Positions 63,064-64,000 of a DNA stretch of 64,000 bases are shown in pieces. Each line of letters starts with the position of its first letter. Position 1 is the stretch's first letter. This DNA is from Camelus dromedarius (lineage: Eukaryota), in NCBI RefSeq assembly GCF_036321535.1, contig NC_087436.1:87236001-87300000 (forward strand), in the 5' to 3' direction. The position numbers and the translations under genes are program-made. Below the pieces are notes generated by a model that saw only the letters and a list, made by a program, of their open reading frames with translations, was not told the DNA's origin and ran no database searches.

Positions 63064-64000
63064 ATAGGAATTCTCTTCCTAGAGAATTATATCTGGGTAG
63101 TGTTACACACATGGACTTTAAACCCTTTTTTATAAAATGTGAGTTATTGGCAAGTCTCAGGTAATCATTCCAAAGTTAATTTTGAAGCATTGAAAAGAAT
63201 ACTCTGGTCATTGTAACAGGTAAAGTTCCTGCTGCTGTCCAGGTTTGTAAAGTTAGTTTTCTGAAGGTAACTCACCACTTTTTTTGAGTGAGAAAGATCA
63301 ACAGAATGAATCCAGAAACCTATGTCTGGGGAATAGTCTCAATTTGCTATCAGTGAGAAAAAGAATTAGGGGCAGGTATGTTAGGCATCTGGCGAATTGC
63401 TTAGCTGAGATTTTGCATAGAAAATGCCCTTTGCCAGTTATGAAATAAAAGATCCATACCCCAAATAAGGAAGTGGCTTCCAGCTCTTTGATCCCATCGG
63501 CATCTGGTTTCTAGGAAAGAGTAGGAGAGTGGTCCTGGCCGCGGGTACAACAGCCAGCCCCAGGCTTCCGGGCAGTGCCTGAGCTGTGGAGACTGCAGCC
63601 AGGTGCATGCCCGTGTCCTGTGGTCTCAGAGTGTGCCCCCTCCCGCCCACCAGGGCCGAGACTCAAGCTTGCTGTTAAAATGCTTAAGGCTTCCCCTCCC
63701 CCCACCCCCAAACAGTGACTTCAGGGGTCTGTGTGTGGGCAGACTGTCATCTGAATACACTTGCCTGGGCCCAGTGATGGGAATAAAACCCCACAGACCA
63801 CGAGCAGAGCGATGTGCCTTTAGGTCTCCCAGTTCATCCATCTTCTCTTGGGGCAGTTCAGGGGGACCTGACTGAACAGAACAGGGGCTCGGTGGGGGAA
63901 CACCTGCACCAACCTTGAAGGCTGTGGGGATGGAAGACCTCAGGAAAGTGTGTTCCTCTTTCCGGCCTCCTTTTGTCCATCTGTCAAATGGGGTTTATAG

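Larger units (their letters stand above)
59529..63080 (+). other. USP46: USP46 3'UTR (at least to the AATAAA cluster; may extend further)
   Basis: TE-poor, partly U/AU-rich sequence after the stop codon ending at clustered AATAAA. Confidence 0.7.

Noticed and set aside
1..64000. CRISPR arrays, operons or other prokaryotic systems
   Set aside because: Sequence is mammalian with spliced exons and eutherian TEs; no regularly spaced repeat-spacer structure seen

Overview
Mammalian genomic DNA, most likely a camelid (three tRNA-derived SINEs match my recollection of the camelid vic-1 family). The window holds the complete USP46 deubiquitinase gene on the + strand: a CpG-island promoter, 9 coding exons (4889-59528) that splice via GT-AG introns to an intact 366-aa ORF with catalytic Cys44/His313/Asp329, and a long 3'UTR. 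Introns are filled with ordinary mammalian TEs (L1, L2, MIR, MLT1, MER5/20/58, Tigger1 derivative). No prokaryote-type systems are present. The most interesting signals concern the USP46 N-terminus: two tandem strong-Kozak uORFs abut a weak annotated start; an in-frame strong-Kozak Met12 at the exon 1/2 junction would expose an MGxxxS myristoylation motif; and a TATA-driven alternative first exon (MNCFQ) has a last 30 nt that also looks like an in-frame microexon. Also notable are a TSD-flanked ORF2-less (HAL1-like) L1 and a tailless U6 retropseudogene. Repeat subfamily names are from pattern recognition only and need RepeatMasker/Dfam confirmation.
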